From the human T2T-CHM13v2.0 reference genome, Homo sapiens, in NCBI RefSeq assembly GCF_009914755.1, contig NC_060936.1: 64,000 nucleotides of DNA; one strand, 5' to 3'. The notes beneath the pieces are model-generated. The model saw only the letters and a list, made by a program, of their open reading frames with translations, did not search any database and was not told the DNA's origin. Positions 14,135 through 28,159 of the stretch are shown piece by piece (positions within the stretch are counted from its first letter, which is position 1; the number at the start of each line of letters is the position of its first letter). A program made the translations under genes and the position numbers.

Positions 14135-15194
14135 GACATGACATGACAGGATAAAAATGAAACGGGAATACAGAACTGAGTCCGGTTCAAAGCATTTTGG
14201 AGTTGGAAGCCAATCAAGTGCCCAGGACCATGAAGTGACCAGTCTGGGTAAGATTTTCAGGCTTCTATGAGATAAACAGAGATGAAGACCATTTTGGGTA
14301 TGAGACTAGGAGGGACATGAAACCAATACTTCTTTTAAGTTATGGGGTTCCTGTTATAGACTATATATTGAGTTCAATGTGTTTCCCCAGAGTAGTTAAC
14401 ACAAATTCAGGCAGTATCCCAGGCTGAAGCTCTGGTGGAGGAATAACTTCAGTTAGCCAAGAAAGTTTTCCGGTGGGTAGACTTAGCACTAATTACAGAT
14501 GTTTAAGAAAATCAAACATATAGCATTAATACTTTTATAATAAAGAATCTGATATATCTATTATTTTATTTCATAATGTTTAAGAACACTTTTACTTATT
14601 GTCATAGATCAACCTTATCATTCCAATTTGAAATGTGTAATTGCATAAGTAATTTAGACTTGTGCTTTTAACTTAAATCTTAGCAAGCTTATTAAGTATT
14701 GGACGAGTTTAAAAAGCATAAAGTACATTGTATTTATAGGTTTAATTTACCAGAATAATAATGTCTTAAAAGTACTTAGAAAAATTGTTGTCAAAATAGT
14801 AGTACTTAAAAAATACTAGTTCTTAAAAAAATAAACAAGTACTGTATTTAAATAAGAAAGGAATACTGTATTAATGCAGTTAAAATGATTTGTGTTTAAA
14901 AAGTTTATAAATAGAACAAAATATTATTCTAAACAATTTTCAAAGAAATTATTATAAAAAATTTTGCTTGTAAATAAAATAAGATTTTAAAGGTGAACTC
15001 AAAAGCCTAAGGTTTTTAAATTTGTAACTTCAATGAATTGAAAGTTATTTCTTTTTAACTTATGTAAACTTATAAGTAAACTTTTCTGCCCAGCAAAACA
15101 CTTGAGGGCTCAAAAAAAGTCACGTTAACATAATTATGTATATTGGAAAGCAGGACAATTGTTTTTGCTGGAATGGAGAAGATATTTAGGTAAA

Positions 15195-15199
15195 ACACA

Positions 15200-15265
<66 letters not shown>
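15195..15265. repeat. (CA)n microsatellite
   Basis: About 35 CA units with one TA interruption. Confidence 0.97.
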
Positions 15266-15266
<1 letters not shown>

Positions 15267-15393
15267 GAACTACGACATCAGGACAGCTAAATGGTAGCTT
15301 CAGACCAAGCAGCTTCTCACACAGGTATAAGAGAACATATTGTGGCTAATCCCCTCATATACTAAACAAATTTAAACAACAAATTGTACTTTA

Positions 15394-16089
15394 TTTATTT
15401 ATTTTTAAAAATTTTACTTTAAGTTCTGGGGTACATGTGCTGAATGTGCAGGTTTGTTACATAGGTATACATGTGCCATGGTGGTTTGGTGCACCTATCA
15501 ACTTGTCATCTAGGTTTTAAGCCCTGCAAGCATTAGGTATTTGTCTTAATGCTCTCCCTCCCCTTTCCCCCCACCCGTCGACAGGCCCCGGTGTGTGATG
15601 TTCCCCTCCCTGTGTCCATGTGTTCTCATTGTTCAACTCCCACTTATAAGTGAGAACATGCGGTGTTTGGTTTTCTGTTCCTATGTTAGTTTGCTGAGGA
15701 TGATGGTTTCCAGCTTTATCTATGTCCCTGCAAAAGACATGATCTCATTCTTTTTTATGGCTGCATAGTATTCCATGGTGTATATGTGCCACATTCTCTT
15801 TATCCAGTCTATCATTGATGGGCATTTGGGTTGGTTCCAAGTCTTTGCTATTGTAAGTAGTGCTACAATAAACATACATGTCCATGTGTCTTTATTGTAG
15901 AATGATTTATAATATTTTGGGTATATACCCAGTAATGGGATTGCAGGGTCAAATGGTATTTCTGGTTCTAGATCCTTGAGGAATCACCACACTGTCTTCC
16001 ACAATGGTAGAACTAATTTACACTCCCACCAACAGTATAAAAGCATTCCTATTTCTCCATATCCTCTCCAGCATCTGTTGTTTCCAGAC
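15394..16089 (-). mobile_element. 5'-truncated L1PA (L1PA7/8-like) 3' end
   Basis: Antisense L1 3'UTR and ORF2 C-terminus (tactttaagttctggggtacatgtgc...); TSD CAAATTGTACTTTA at 15380-15393 and 16092-16105. Confidence 0.93.
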
Positions 16090-16149
16090 AGCAAATTGTA
16101 CTTTAAATCTTAATGATGAGCAAAATTATGGTAATGCCGTATACTTTGG

Positions 16150-16315
16150 GAGAATTAAACATTGCTGATGGCAAATTTTAACTGGTAAATCTTTTCTATA
16201 ATAATATGACAAAGCATTTCAAGAACCATAAAATATTCCTACTTTATTTATCTTACCAAAATCCCACTTATTGGTATTTATCCTAAGGAAATGATACAAA
16301 GAAAAGAAAATTTGT
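16150..16315 (+). mobile_element. Old L1ME-like remnant, split by the younger L1 and resuming at ~18917-19150
   Basis: atcccacttattggtatttatcctaaggaaat continues after the insertion as atacatgaagatatt...ttagaaatatcctaaacattcaa. Confidence 0.6.
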
Positions 16316-18898
16316 TTTACATTTGTCTTTAATCCATCTTGAGTTGACGTTTGTCTATGGTGTAAGGGAGGAGTCCGGTTTCAGTCTTCTACATATGGTT
16401 AGCTAGTTATTCCAGCACCGTTTATTGAAGAGGGAGTCCTTTCTCCATTGCTTGTTTTTGTCAATGTTGTCAAAGATCATGTGGTTGTAAGCATGTAGCA
16501 TTATATCTGAGTTCTCTATTCTGTTCCATTGGTCACTGTATCTGTTTTGGTACCACTACCATGCTGTTTGGTTACTATAGCCCTGTAGTATAGTTTGCAG
16601 TCAGGTAACATGATGCCTCCATCTTTGTTCTTTTTGCTTAGCATTGCCTTGGCTATTGAAGCCCTTTTTTGTTTCCATATGAATTTTAAAATAGTTTTTT
16701 TCTAATTCTGTGGAGAATGTAGTTTGAAAGGAATAGCATTGAATTTATAAATTGCTTTTGGCAGTATGGCCATTTTAACAATATGGGTTCTTCCTATCCA
16801 TAGGCATGGAATGTTTTTCCATTTGTTGTGTCATCTCTGATTTCTTTGAGCAGTGTTCTGTAATTCTTGTTGTAGAGATCTTTTACCTCACTGGTTAGCT
16901 GTATTTCTAGGTAATTTATTATTCTGTGGCTACAGTGAATGTAATTGCATTCTTGATTTGGTTCTCTGCTTGGATGTTGTTGGCATGTAGAAATGCTAGT
17001 GATTTTTGTGCATTGATTTTGTATCCTGAGACTTTGTTGAAGTTGTTTATCAGACCAAGGAAGAGCTTTCTGGGAGAGACTATGGAATCTATATCTATAT
17101 CGTAGCTATAGAATCGTGTCATCTGCAAACAGGGATAGTTTGACTTCCTCTCTTCCTATTTGAATGCATTTTATTTATTTCTCTTGTCTGATTGCACCGG
17201 ACAGGACTTACAGTACTATGTTGAATAAGTGTAGGGAGAGGGCATTCCTATCTTTTTCTGGTTTTCAAGGGGAATGTTTCCAGCTTTTGCCCATTCGGTA
17301 TGATGTTGCTGTGGGTTTGTCATTGATGGCTCTTGTTATTTTGCAGTATGTTCCTTCAATGCCTGGTTTGTTGAAGGTTTATAACATGAAGCGATGTTGA
17401 CTTTTATCAAAAGGCTTTTCTGCATCTATTGAGATGATCATGTGATTATTGTTTTTAATCCTGTTTATGTGATTAATCACATTTATTGATTTGCATATGT
17501 TGAATCAACCTTGCATCCCAGGGATGATACCTACTTGAGCATCATGGATTAGCTTTTTGATGTACTGCTGGATTCAGTTCGCTAGTATTTTGTTGAGGAT
17601 TTTTGCATCTATGTTCATCAAGGGTACTGGCTTGAAGTTTTCTTTTTTTTGTTGTGTCTCTGCCATGTTTTGGTATCGGGATGATGCTGGCCTCATGGAA
17701 TGAGTTAGGGAAGAGTCCCTCCTCCTCAATTTTTTGGAATGGTTTCAGTAGGAGTAGTACCAACTCTTCATTATACATCTGGTAGAATTGGCTGTGAATT
17801 TGTCTGGTCTTGGACTTTTTTGTGGTAGGCTTTTTATTACTGATTCAATTTTGGATCTCATTATTAGTCTGTTCAGGGATTCAATTTCTTCCTGGTTCAG
17901 TCTTGGAAGATTGTATGTGTCTGGGAATTTATCCATTTCTTCTAGGTTTTCTAGCTTGTGTGCATAGAGGGGAAGATATTTGCAAACCATGCATCTGACA
18001 AAGGTCTAATATCTATAATCTATAAGGAACTTAAACAAATTTACAAGAAAAAATAATCTTATTAAAAAGTGGGCAAATATGTGAACAGATACTTCTCAAA
18101 AGAAGACATACACATAGCATTTGAAAAAATGCTCAACATTATTAATCATTAGGAAAATGCAAATTAAAATCACAAAGAGATACCACCTTCCACCAGTCAG
18201 AATGACCATATTCAAAGTCAAAAAATAACAGATGCTGGTGAGGCTGAGAAGAAAAAGGAATGCTTATACATGGCTGGTGGGAGTGTAAATTAGTTCAACC
18301 ACTGTGGAAATCAGTATGGTGATTTCTCAAAGAACTTAAAACAGAACTACTCTTTGATCTGACAATCCCATTAGTGGGTATATGACCAAAGGAATACAAA
18401 TCATTCTACCATAAAGACACCTGCATGCATATGTTCATCGCAGCACTATTCACAATTGCAAAGACATGGAATCAACTTAAATGCCCATTAATGACAAACT
18501 GGATAAAGAAAATGTGGTACATCTACACCATGGAATACTATGCAGCCATGAAAAAGAATGAGATTATGTCCTTTGCAGGAACATGGATGGAGCTGGGAGC
18601 CATTATCCTAAGGGAACTAACGAAGAAACAGAAAACCAAATACCGTGTGTTCTCACTTATAAGTGGGTGCTAAACATCAAGTACATATGGACACAAAGAG
18701 GGGAACAATAGACACTGGGGCCTACTTGAGGGTGGAGGGTGGGAGGAGGGTGAGGAGTGAAAAACTATCCATGTTTATTACTACTATGCTTATTACCAGG
18801 GTGATGAACTAATCTGTACACCAAGCCTCCATGACATGCAATTCACCCATATAAGAAATCTGTACATGTACCCCTGAACTTACAATAAAAGTTAAAAG
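16316..18898 (+). mobile_element. Older L1PA/L1PB-type element with 5' inversion (twin priming): 16316-17970 antisense, 17971-18898 sense
   Basis: ORF2 peptides on the minus strand (ORFs 16919-17128, 17542-17990), then on the plus strand (18425-18673) followed by the 3'UTR; 18-bp TSD AAAGAAAAGAAAATTTGT at 16298-16315 and 18899-18916. Confidence 0.93.
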
Positions 18899-19523
18899 AA
18901 AGAAAAGAAAATTTGTATACATGAAGATATTAATGATAGAACTATGTATAGAAGCAAACATTAGAAATATCCTAAACATTCAATGAACAAATTCTGTGTT
19001 AGGAACACACAGGATATTAAAAAATAATTAATATAAAAATGTTAAAGACTGTGAAGCAGCCTGAAAAAATGTGCAAGACATAGAAAAAGGGGAAAATTTG
19101 GAAAACATAACTCGATTTATGCTGGGATTTTATATATATGATCAAGTGTTGGAAGGGAACGTAGGAAAAAACGAGTGATTTTGTCTTACAGAAATGTTTT
19201 TGTATTGTTATGCGTGCAATAAATACTCTTTTTTGGGTTAAAGTTTAACCATGCTTCATAATCTTTACTTTGTTAACATCCTATTGTGGATCTACCATAT
19301 ATGAATTTATCTATATTTAAATCAGGACCCTAGGAGTTTCTAAGCAAGTTCATTTGGAAAAATTTGATAACTCCTCTGGCTATCACCTTTAGTGGAGGGT
19401 GCATCTGCTGCATTCCCGCCTCGTATTATCTCTTTTTTTCTGGCAACAGCCCTCCTTCCGCTCCCCTCAATTGTATTCAGCCTTGACAGCATTGTCAATC
19501 AAAGTGTTTTGATGCTCCCTGGC

Positions 19524-19524
19524 C

Positions 19525-19556
<32 letters not shown>

Positions 19557-19557
19557 C
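19524..19557. repeat. (CAA)n microsatellite
   Basis: About 11 CAA units. Confidence 0.95.
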
Positions 19558-19862
19558 GAAATCACCTCTAGTGTCTGTTCCCTGGAACCCAAGAGCTACC
19601 CAGGTTCCAGTTGATTCTAAAATCTGACTTTCAACTTCTCTTTTCGTTCTTGTAGTTATGCCATATCCTTCTGATAAATTTCTATCTTTGCTTACATAAG
19701 CCAGATTTCCCCCATTGGTATTATTTAGGTATCCCCTTCTCTCAGGCTCTACTTTCTAGATGTTAAATGCTATGGCAGTAGATGGGTGGGGAGTCCTCAA
19801 TTCTGACTTTGAGGTTGGAGAAGCGTTCTCATAGGAAGTAGCACTAATAATTAGAATTTCTA

Positions 19863-20379
<517 letters not shown>

Positions 20380-20382
20380 TAT

Positions 20383-20572
20383 ATATATATATGGTTTGAT
20401 ATATATATTTGCTGAATAGATGGCTGAAGTAGGGAAATGAAAATAGATTTGGGTGGAAAAATGAGATATACATCATATATATATATGGTTTGATATATAT
20501 ATATTTGCTGAATAGATGGCTGAAGTAGGGAAATGAAAATAGATTTGGGTGGAAAAATGAGATGTACATCAT
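20383..20572. repeat. Tandem duplication, 94 + 96 bp
   Basis: 20383-20476 and 20477-20572 differ by one AT unit and one substitution. Confidence 0.95.
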
Positions 20573-23500
20573 CAAGGTCTTGAAATGCCTTGCTAAGGCG
20601 TTTAGATTTCTTCTGAAGCCACTAGAGAGTTATCTGTGTTTAGAGTAGGGGAGTGAAACCATCAGATGAATAAAAATGTAGAGAGGGAGAAAACTGTGTG
20701 ATACTGACACAACCTAAACACTGGAGCTGTTGGAAAACAGAAATGGGCCATTCTGTAAATGCGTGGGTTGTATGTGTTGCACACTGAAAATGTTAAAGTG
20801 GAGACTGGCCATCTGTTGGGGACATGGTGTAGAAGATTCTCCTACCCATTCAGTGGGAGTTTGGATCAGATGGCATTCCAACACCACACACTGCAAACTT
20901 CATTCAGCTTCTGAGGAACTAACTTATTTCGTTGACCCACTGGAAATAACCTAATTGTTTTGTGATGTTACCCACTTTCTATTGCCAGGTCTAGTCAAAA
21001 GGTACTAATCTTATTTGAAAGCAGTCCTGAGAAACAACGTGACTGATACATTCTGGAAAGGGTTTGGATTGCAGGGACTTCTTCCGTACTGCTTTATGCA
21101 AATTAGTAGAACTGATATGTCTAAAACAATTGTAGGATGCATTTCAGCAGTGATATTGGCTAATTTTTCAAGTTACTGGAGAGTGGAGTGATTTTTGGCT
21201 CTGAGGATGATAATTTTGTATCAGGACCTTCAGGTGGGGGCTGCCTAGATAGAAGGATTGAGCAATGAACCTTATCCTGCCTTATTTTTAAGCCTTATTG
21301 TGCCTCACCTAAGCAGGGTCTACCCTAGAAATTCTAAGGATGAGGCATCAGCAGTGGTGATAGCTGATTCAAATTCATCTTCTTTGTCTCTCTCATCCCA
21401 GTTTCCCTTTTTTCCCAATCAACAATAAACCACTGATAAAGAAAATCCTCAAGAATTTGCCTTCTCCACATACTGTTTCTCTCCTCTAGTAAGAATAGGA
21501 ATTTGTAATTAGATGTCTTTTAGATATTTGCTTTTTACTCAACATACACAAGGACAATAATCTCTCATAAGAAGGAGAGCTGATATGAACCACACGGTCT
21601 GTTCAGAACAGAAGAGGGTTGCTGCCCCATTGTAGAGCGCGCTTGCTAGGAAAGAAAGGCATCTCATCTAGTATTGATGGATTTGTTCACTGGGAAGTTT
21701 ATTTTTATAATAATTCAATTCCCTGTTTCAATTCTTCTCTATTTAGAAATCATAGAAAAATAAATGTGGACATTTACAGAAATGGCAGGAAAGGCAAACA
21801 ACAAATGAAAATAGATTAAATAAAAATAGAAAAATAATTGCAAAATCCTAGTAAATGTGTTTTCCTAACTTACTTTTGCTCTACCATGTTGAACAAGAAG
21901 TAGACATATGTGAAACTAGAAACATATTATGCAGTTTTTCAGTTTAAAACAAACCAAAACAAAACCCACTGTGTTTGCTTTTCCAAATTAAATTCTTCAG
22001 TTATACCAGTATGCAGTAGCAATTACTGGGTAAATTCAAAGGAGCTTTACTGTATGACCAAGAATACATTTCTCTTGGTCTGAAACAATCTATTAAAGGA
22101 AGACTTAATCTATGCTCTATTATCTTTGTGGTTAAGATTATTATTAAAGAATGAACTATTTGGGTCTGAGTTGGTGGTGTTTCCAATCAAACTGATAAAT
22201 GTCCTCAGGCAAACTATGAAAGGTGGCAATTTAAGACTTGGTTCAAAATGCAACTACAGCTTCAGCTAGTGCATTCTTGTTCTGGAGTAAAAGGTAGAGT
22301 CAGTCTAGTCTAGTCTAGTCCAGAGCCGTGAGTCCTCTTTGCCTCTTTTGTGGTCTGCTGTTCCCCCACTCTCTCCCCACATCCCTAGGGTGGGAGGAGA
22401 CTCATTCTGGGGCACTCCTCACAGGAATTCCCATCCCAGGTGCACCCCTTTCTACCTCAAAAAAAAAATCCTCATTCTATTAGAACTTGATTGCTTCACT
22501 CTTCGTCTTAAAGCTCAGAGGCTTGACCCATTACCAAGCAACCTGGTAAACTGATGTGATCACAGGCATTCATGTGTCACCCTCCCAAGTAACAGTGGCA
22601 TTTTAACACACTCCTGCTGCAGATTTGTCTCAACTGAGGAGTGACTAATGGGGATGGGGGAGGGTGATCAATGTCAGCTGCCCTCTGAAGGGAAGGTGGA
22701 AAGACATTTTGGATCGAAGGCCTCCAAATCAAATGTTTCTTCTCCTTTTTGCCTAGTTTTAGACCAATTATTGCCCCAAATCAGTCTGTAAAGGAAACTC
22801 CTATAGTGGAAAGTATAATTTTCTCATAGATTTTTCTGTATCTTTGGTTTTTCCACTAAGAAATTTTGCTTATTGTTATTGCAAGCTCTTGTGATGATTA
22901 CAAGTTGCCCTCTGTCCATCACAAAACAACTTACTGGGCAGGTGTCAACAGGTAACCACGTAGTGTAACTGCTTTTCATCAACACCCAGAGATGGATTTA
23001 TATTAGGCTGTTAATGAGGTAGAACCCCACTCAGCCTCTGACTACCTATCTCCTGGTTTAACTCTTCCACCTTAAATGCGTTTTACTTTTCCTGGGATTT
23101 TATTAAAATTGTGTAGCTTGTATGACAGCTAATAATTCTAGTTTGTGGGAAGGAATTAAGTGGCTTATGTTGTACCTTGGCAGTAGTACATTTGGAAATA
23201 AAAGCAGACTCAAAGCACTCTGATTAATCTCGGAAAACGAGCTGCCTTCCCCACTGGGTATGCCTTCCGCCTTGGCAGCCTAATTCCTGATGCCAGAGCC
23301 TGATCTTAGGGATTTTTTATCTTTTTTTTTCTCTCCCTTCTGTTGTTGTTGTCTTAGAAGAATGAACTAAGCACTACAGTCATGGCAATTTTCCTGTATT
23401 GAATTAGGGTTGTGCTTTCATTCTTTCTGAACTCCCTTTGATCTAGATGTTTTGGCTGCCCTTGGGGTAAGGGCTGAGCAGCTGCAGCTTGCTGAGCAAT

Positions 23501-24294
23501 GCCCTATGGGATGATACCTGCTCCTGTGCTGCCCCGCTCACTCTTCCTGGGTTATGAATGTATGCTTAGCATGGGACCCACACTCTTAAGTTTGCTATGA
23601 GAAAAAGACATAGTCATCGTAGAGTAGCATGCTATAAGCCATTTCCAAGCAGCATGGTAATTTGGGCTGAAGCTGCTACAGTTATGCAGTTATGGCTAAA
23701 TCTTACCAGATGACATGAGAAAAAAAAAGTGAGTTAAATAGATTTGAGCCCACGGATCCCTGCAGAGAATAATGGATTACAGAAGGGGCACTATTTATGG
23801 ACTCAAAATGCTAAAATTTCAGTGATACCATCTCTTCCACAAATGCAGTACTTCCTTAGTTCATCTCTGCTGTAAATTCATATTCTCTAAAAATCTTTGA
23901 ATAAATTACAATAAATAGAAAGGCCAGTTCTTAAGAGAGCAACATTGCACAACATTGCATATCATATCAGGAGACGGAGGAATTGGCAGAGTTTCTGTTT
24001 GGGAAATGACTTGGTAGGCTGGAAAACAGACACCAAAGCTTTTATGAATAGGTCATCAGTTTAAATTCAGCATGGCTAGTGGTGGGTAAATGTCACTACC
24101 CATATGGCTTGGGTTCTTTGGAAATGTTGCTTACTTCTGGCTGTATGAAGCAAGTACATATAAGCTATTTGCTGTGGGACCAGATCTGAGAGTCATAGAA
24201 AGGGAAAGTGTAGCTGTGATCCTAGTAATTTAGCATCTTTATCTTTATATAATATCTATTATCTAACTTGAGAATCATATCGACATCATTAGAT

Positions 24295-24425
24295 TGTATC
24301 ATCACCACTTTACAGATGAAGAAAATGCAGCCCAAAGAGATTAAGCAACATGTCCAAGTTCACACAGCTAAATGGCACAGACACAATTAAACCTGAGGCC
24401 TCCAAAATGCCTAGCCTGGTTCTGA
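24295..24425 (-). mobile_element. MIR core
   Basis: ccactttacagatgaagaaaatgcagcccaaagagattaagcaacatgtccaagttcacacagcta. Confidence 0.75.
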
Positions 24426-25656
24426 CCCAACTCAAGTGGAATAGAGTGTTTCTTCCCCAACTCTGAACTTTTCAACTTGTGGGCTGATCCAAGTCTGTGA
24501 AAACCTCAGTGCTATTATTAGGAATGTATGAGTCCATAGGTATACCTGTGACTCTAAAATATCTTCTGTATTTAGGCACAGTTGTATTTCAAATGTATAT
24601 AGATGCCCCTGTGATTAACTCTTAAAATTAATTACTTAAAATAGAAATTTATTGAAAGCTTTCTGAAAACATAGTAGCATCTGGATACTATATATTTTAT
24701 TAAATAATACACACCTAAAGTACAACCACAATTATGTGTGTTTGCGTGTGTAGGGGGGTACACAGTTTGTGTTTGCATGTGGGGGGATATGAATACATGA
24801 CTGTGTTTTAAGTAAAAAGTGATCTTCTTCTGCAAAAACATTAGGAAGCCCTATCTGATGTAGCAATCCTAGAATTAGAAATTAAGTTGTTTTGTTGCAT
24901 CTTTTTATTTCTTTTTGTTGCTCAAATTAGTGGATTATATACTGCAAGGAGGAGGCTGTATGTCATTCATCCTTCTTTCATACAAATCTCCCCGTCTCCC
25001 CAAAAATGACGATTCAGTCATTCAAGTGTGAAAGACAAACTGGGCTATAGACAATAAAGAACAAGATTCTCCATGTCCTTTGTTAGTAACTGGAAACATT
25101 TCTAGACAAAGTAGATACAACCTAAAACTCGCAGTGCTTAACATTCTAATTACTGAATGTCCCCACACCTGAGCAGCAGGTCCTACTCTTCAGCCTCAGC
25201 TCACAAATAGGAAACAGGGTGGGCCTGAGAGAGGTGCAACAATCTTGGAAACAGATAATGGAAACTTAATGGGCTGGGAGACAAATAATTTATGAATATG
25301 CACCCATGTGACTTGATAAGGTTGGTTTTCCAAATTAACGTTTTGTACCTTGTCCATGTTGTGTAGTCATAGGGCGGGAAAGGCATTAAGAGTTTTCTTT
25401 AACTTCTAAGAATTGGAAGCCCCAAGAGAAGTTTCTTTAAAAAGGCATCGGACCTTTTGAAGCCAGGAACTCTGTGTGGTAATCTGGGTGTGTTTTATTG
25501 TCAAGGATGGGAAAAGCCTGCTACACCCAGAAATCAGCTTAAAACATGCCTAGGGACACCCACACATATAAAAGGCATCAAGAAGCCTCCATGGAAAAGA
25601 GGCCGTGTTCCCTGAGACTGTTGGGGAAAATAGTTACAGTTTCTAAGTTGCTTTTC

Positions 25657-25998
25657 TTTTTATTCATTCATTTTTTTTTTGAGGCGTCTCACTCTGTTGC
25701 CCAGGCTGGAGTGCAGTGGCGTGATCTCAGCTCACTGAACTAGGAGAATCGCTTGAACCTCCGCTTCCCAGGTTCAAGCAATTCTCCTGCTTCAGCCTCC
25801 CCAGTAGCTGGAATTACAGGCACCCACCACCATGCCAGGCTAATTTTTGCAGTTTAGTAGAGACGGGGTTTCACTGTCTCTACTAAATGGCCATCTACTA
25901 CATGGCCAGACTGGTCTCGAACTCCTCACCTCAAGTGATGTGCCTGTCTTGGCCTCTGAAAGTGTTGAGATTACAGGCATGAGCCGCCATGCCTGGCT
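25657..25998 (-). mobile_element. AluS with two internal rearrangements
   Basis: Antisense dimer; TSD AAGTTGCTTTTC at 25645-25656 and 25999-26010; extra inverted segments near 25742 and 25876. Confidence 0.93.
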
Positions 25999-26349
25999 AA
26001 GTTGCTTTTCGGTTAGATACGGCATTGTCTCGGTCCAGGTGCATACGTGGATGAGAGGGGAAAAACCAATCCACCTATTACTTTGGCATTGTTGGGTTTA
26101 AACCACCTTCCAACCTGGAGACTCTTTTTACTTGAATATCACTCTAATTTGAACCTGCTCCCTCTGTAATATGACTTTCCTTATCTTGAGCAATATTTCA
26201 CTGGGCACTGCCTTTCAGCAAATCATAAGGGGATGGTTTGTTCCTCTAGTCCTGGCATAAAACTAGAAAATACAAAAAGCTTGAAGTTTATTTGAAACAT
26301 TCAGATACAAGGACTTTGGTCCTCGGAAAACATTTCTCATTTTGTTTTC

Positions 26350-26458
26350 CTGTAAGAGCAGGGTTTTGTCTGTCTTGCTCAATGCTAACCAGTACCTAGA
26401 AGACTTGCCAGGCCTATAGTAGGCACTCAATAAACATTTGTTGGGTGAATAAATGAAT
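26350..26458 (+). mobile_element. L2 3' end
   Basis: tgtctgtcttgctca...cctatagtaggcactcaataaacatttgttgggtgaataaatgaat. Confidence 0.8.
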
Positions 26459-26697
26459 CCACTTCCCTCCCACATCTGCTCCTATAATGATGAGATGAGA
26501 AATGCAGAGGAGGCCTGGCGACAGTTGTCAGGCTGGGCTGGTTTCCACAGGCATTCTCTTCAGCTGCAGAAAGGACAACTAATTGCCACTGCTGCTTCAT
26601 TTGTATCAGCCTTTCATCATGAACATTGTTATTTTGCCTCTTCTGCCAGGGATCAAATTATACAAGATTAATTAATCAAATAATTAAGTGAAAATAA

Positions 26698-26815
26698 TTC
26701 CTTCTTTCCTTCCTCCCTTGCTCCCTTCCTTCCTTCCTTCCATTTTCTTTCTTTCTTTTTCTCTCTCTCCCTTCCTTCCTTCCCTCTTTTTCTTTCTCTC
26801 TCTCTCTCTCTCTCA
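26698..26815. repeat. CT-rich polypyrimidine tract (decayed Alu tail)
   Basis: Mosaic of (CCTT)n, (CTTT)n and (CT)n adjoining the antisense AluJ. Confidence 0.85.
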
Positions 26816-26819
26816 CTCA

Positions 26820-27015
26820 TTTTTCTGGGGTCTCATTCTGTCACCCAGGCTGAGTACAGTGGCACAATCATGGCTCACTGCAGCCTTGGCCTCCCCAGGC
26901 TCAGGTGATCCTCCCACCTCAGCCTCCCAAGTAGCTGAGACTACAGGCACACATCACCATGCTCGGCTATTTTTTTTGTTTTGTATTGTAGAGACGAGGT
27001 TCTGCCATGTTGCAA
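26820..27015 (-). mobile_element. AluJ, 5'-truncated
   Basis: ggctcactgcagccttggcctccccaggctcaggtgatcctcccacctcagcc (J-type diagnostics); ends early in the left arm. Confidence 0.88.
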
Positions 27016-27435
27016 GACTGTATAATATTTCTGATATCAGCCTCTCTGGAACTCTCACATTCAGTCCCTTGTCTTGAGGGGCCTGAAGAGTCAGCCTAGA
27101 ATAATTTGAATTTGGTTCTATACTAAAAACATTTGTATAGCATTGAAGTCTTGTAATTGTCTTAGATTTAGATATATTAACCAAATAGAATCCATCCCAT
27201 CAATTATAAATGATTTAATTTGTTCTTATACTTTGTCTTATTTTTGAGATTAATTTATATCGTGGGTGTATTTTTCTAATCACACAAAAAAGTTAAAATA
27301 TTACCTAACTGCACCAAGGACTTCAAACAGGATATGGCATATAGAAGGCATCACCGAATTTCTTCTTCTGAGGGCCTAAGTAGCACATCCAGCTACATAT
27401 ACATATATATCTGTGCTATTTATATGTCTGTGTGT

Positions 27436-27520
27436 ACACACACACCTACACACACACACACACACACACACATATAGAGAGAGAGAGAAAGAGAAAGAGA
27501 GAGAGAAAGGGAGTGAGAGA
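27436..27520. repeat. (CA)n-(GA)n compound microsatellite
   Basis: Read directly from the sequence. Confidence 0.9.
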
Positions 27521-27554
27521 GAATAGGAGACAAGAGAATAATTCAAGGTATCAT

Positions 27555-28159
<605 letters not shown>

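Noticed and set aside
20383-20572. Direct repeats as a possible CRISPR-like array
   Set aside because: Only two adjacent copies, no spacers, eukaryotic context
24005-24110. Possible ancient tRNA-derived SINE head (ggtcatcagtttaaattcagc)
   Set aside because: Too degenerate to support by eye
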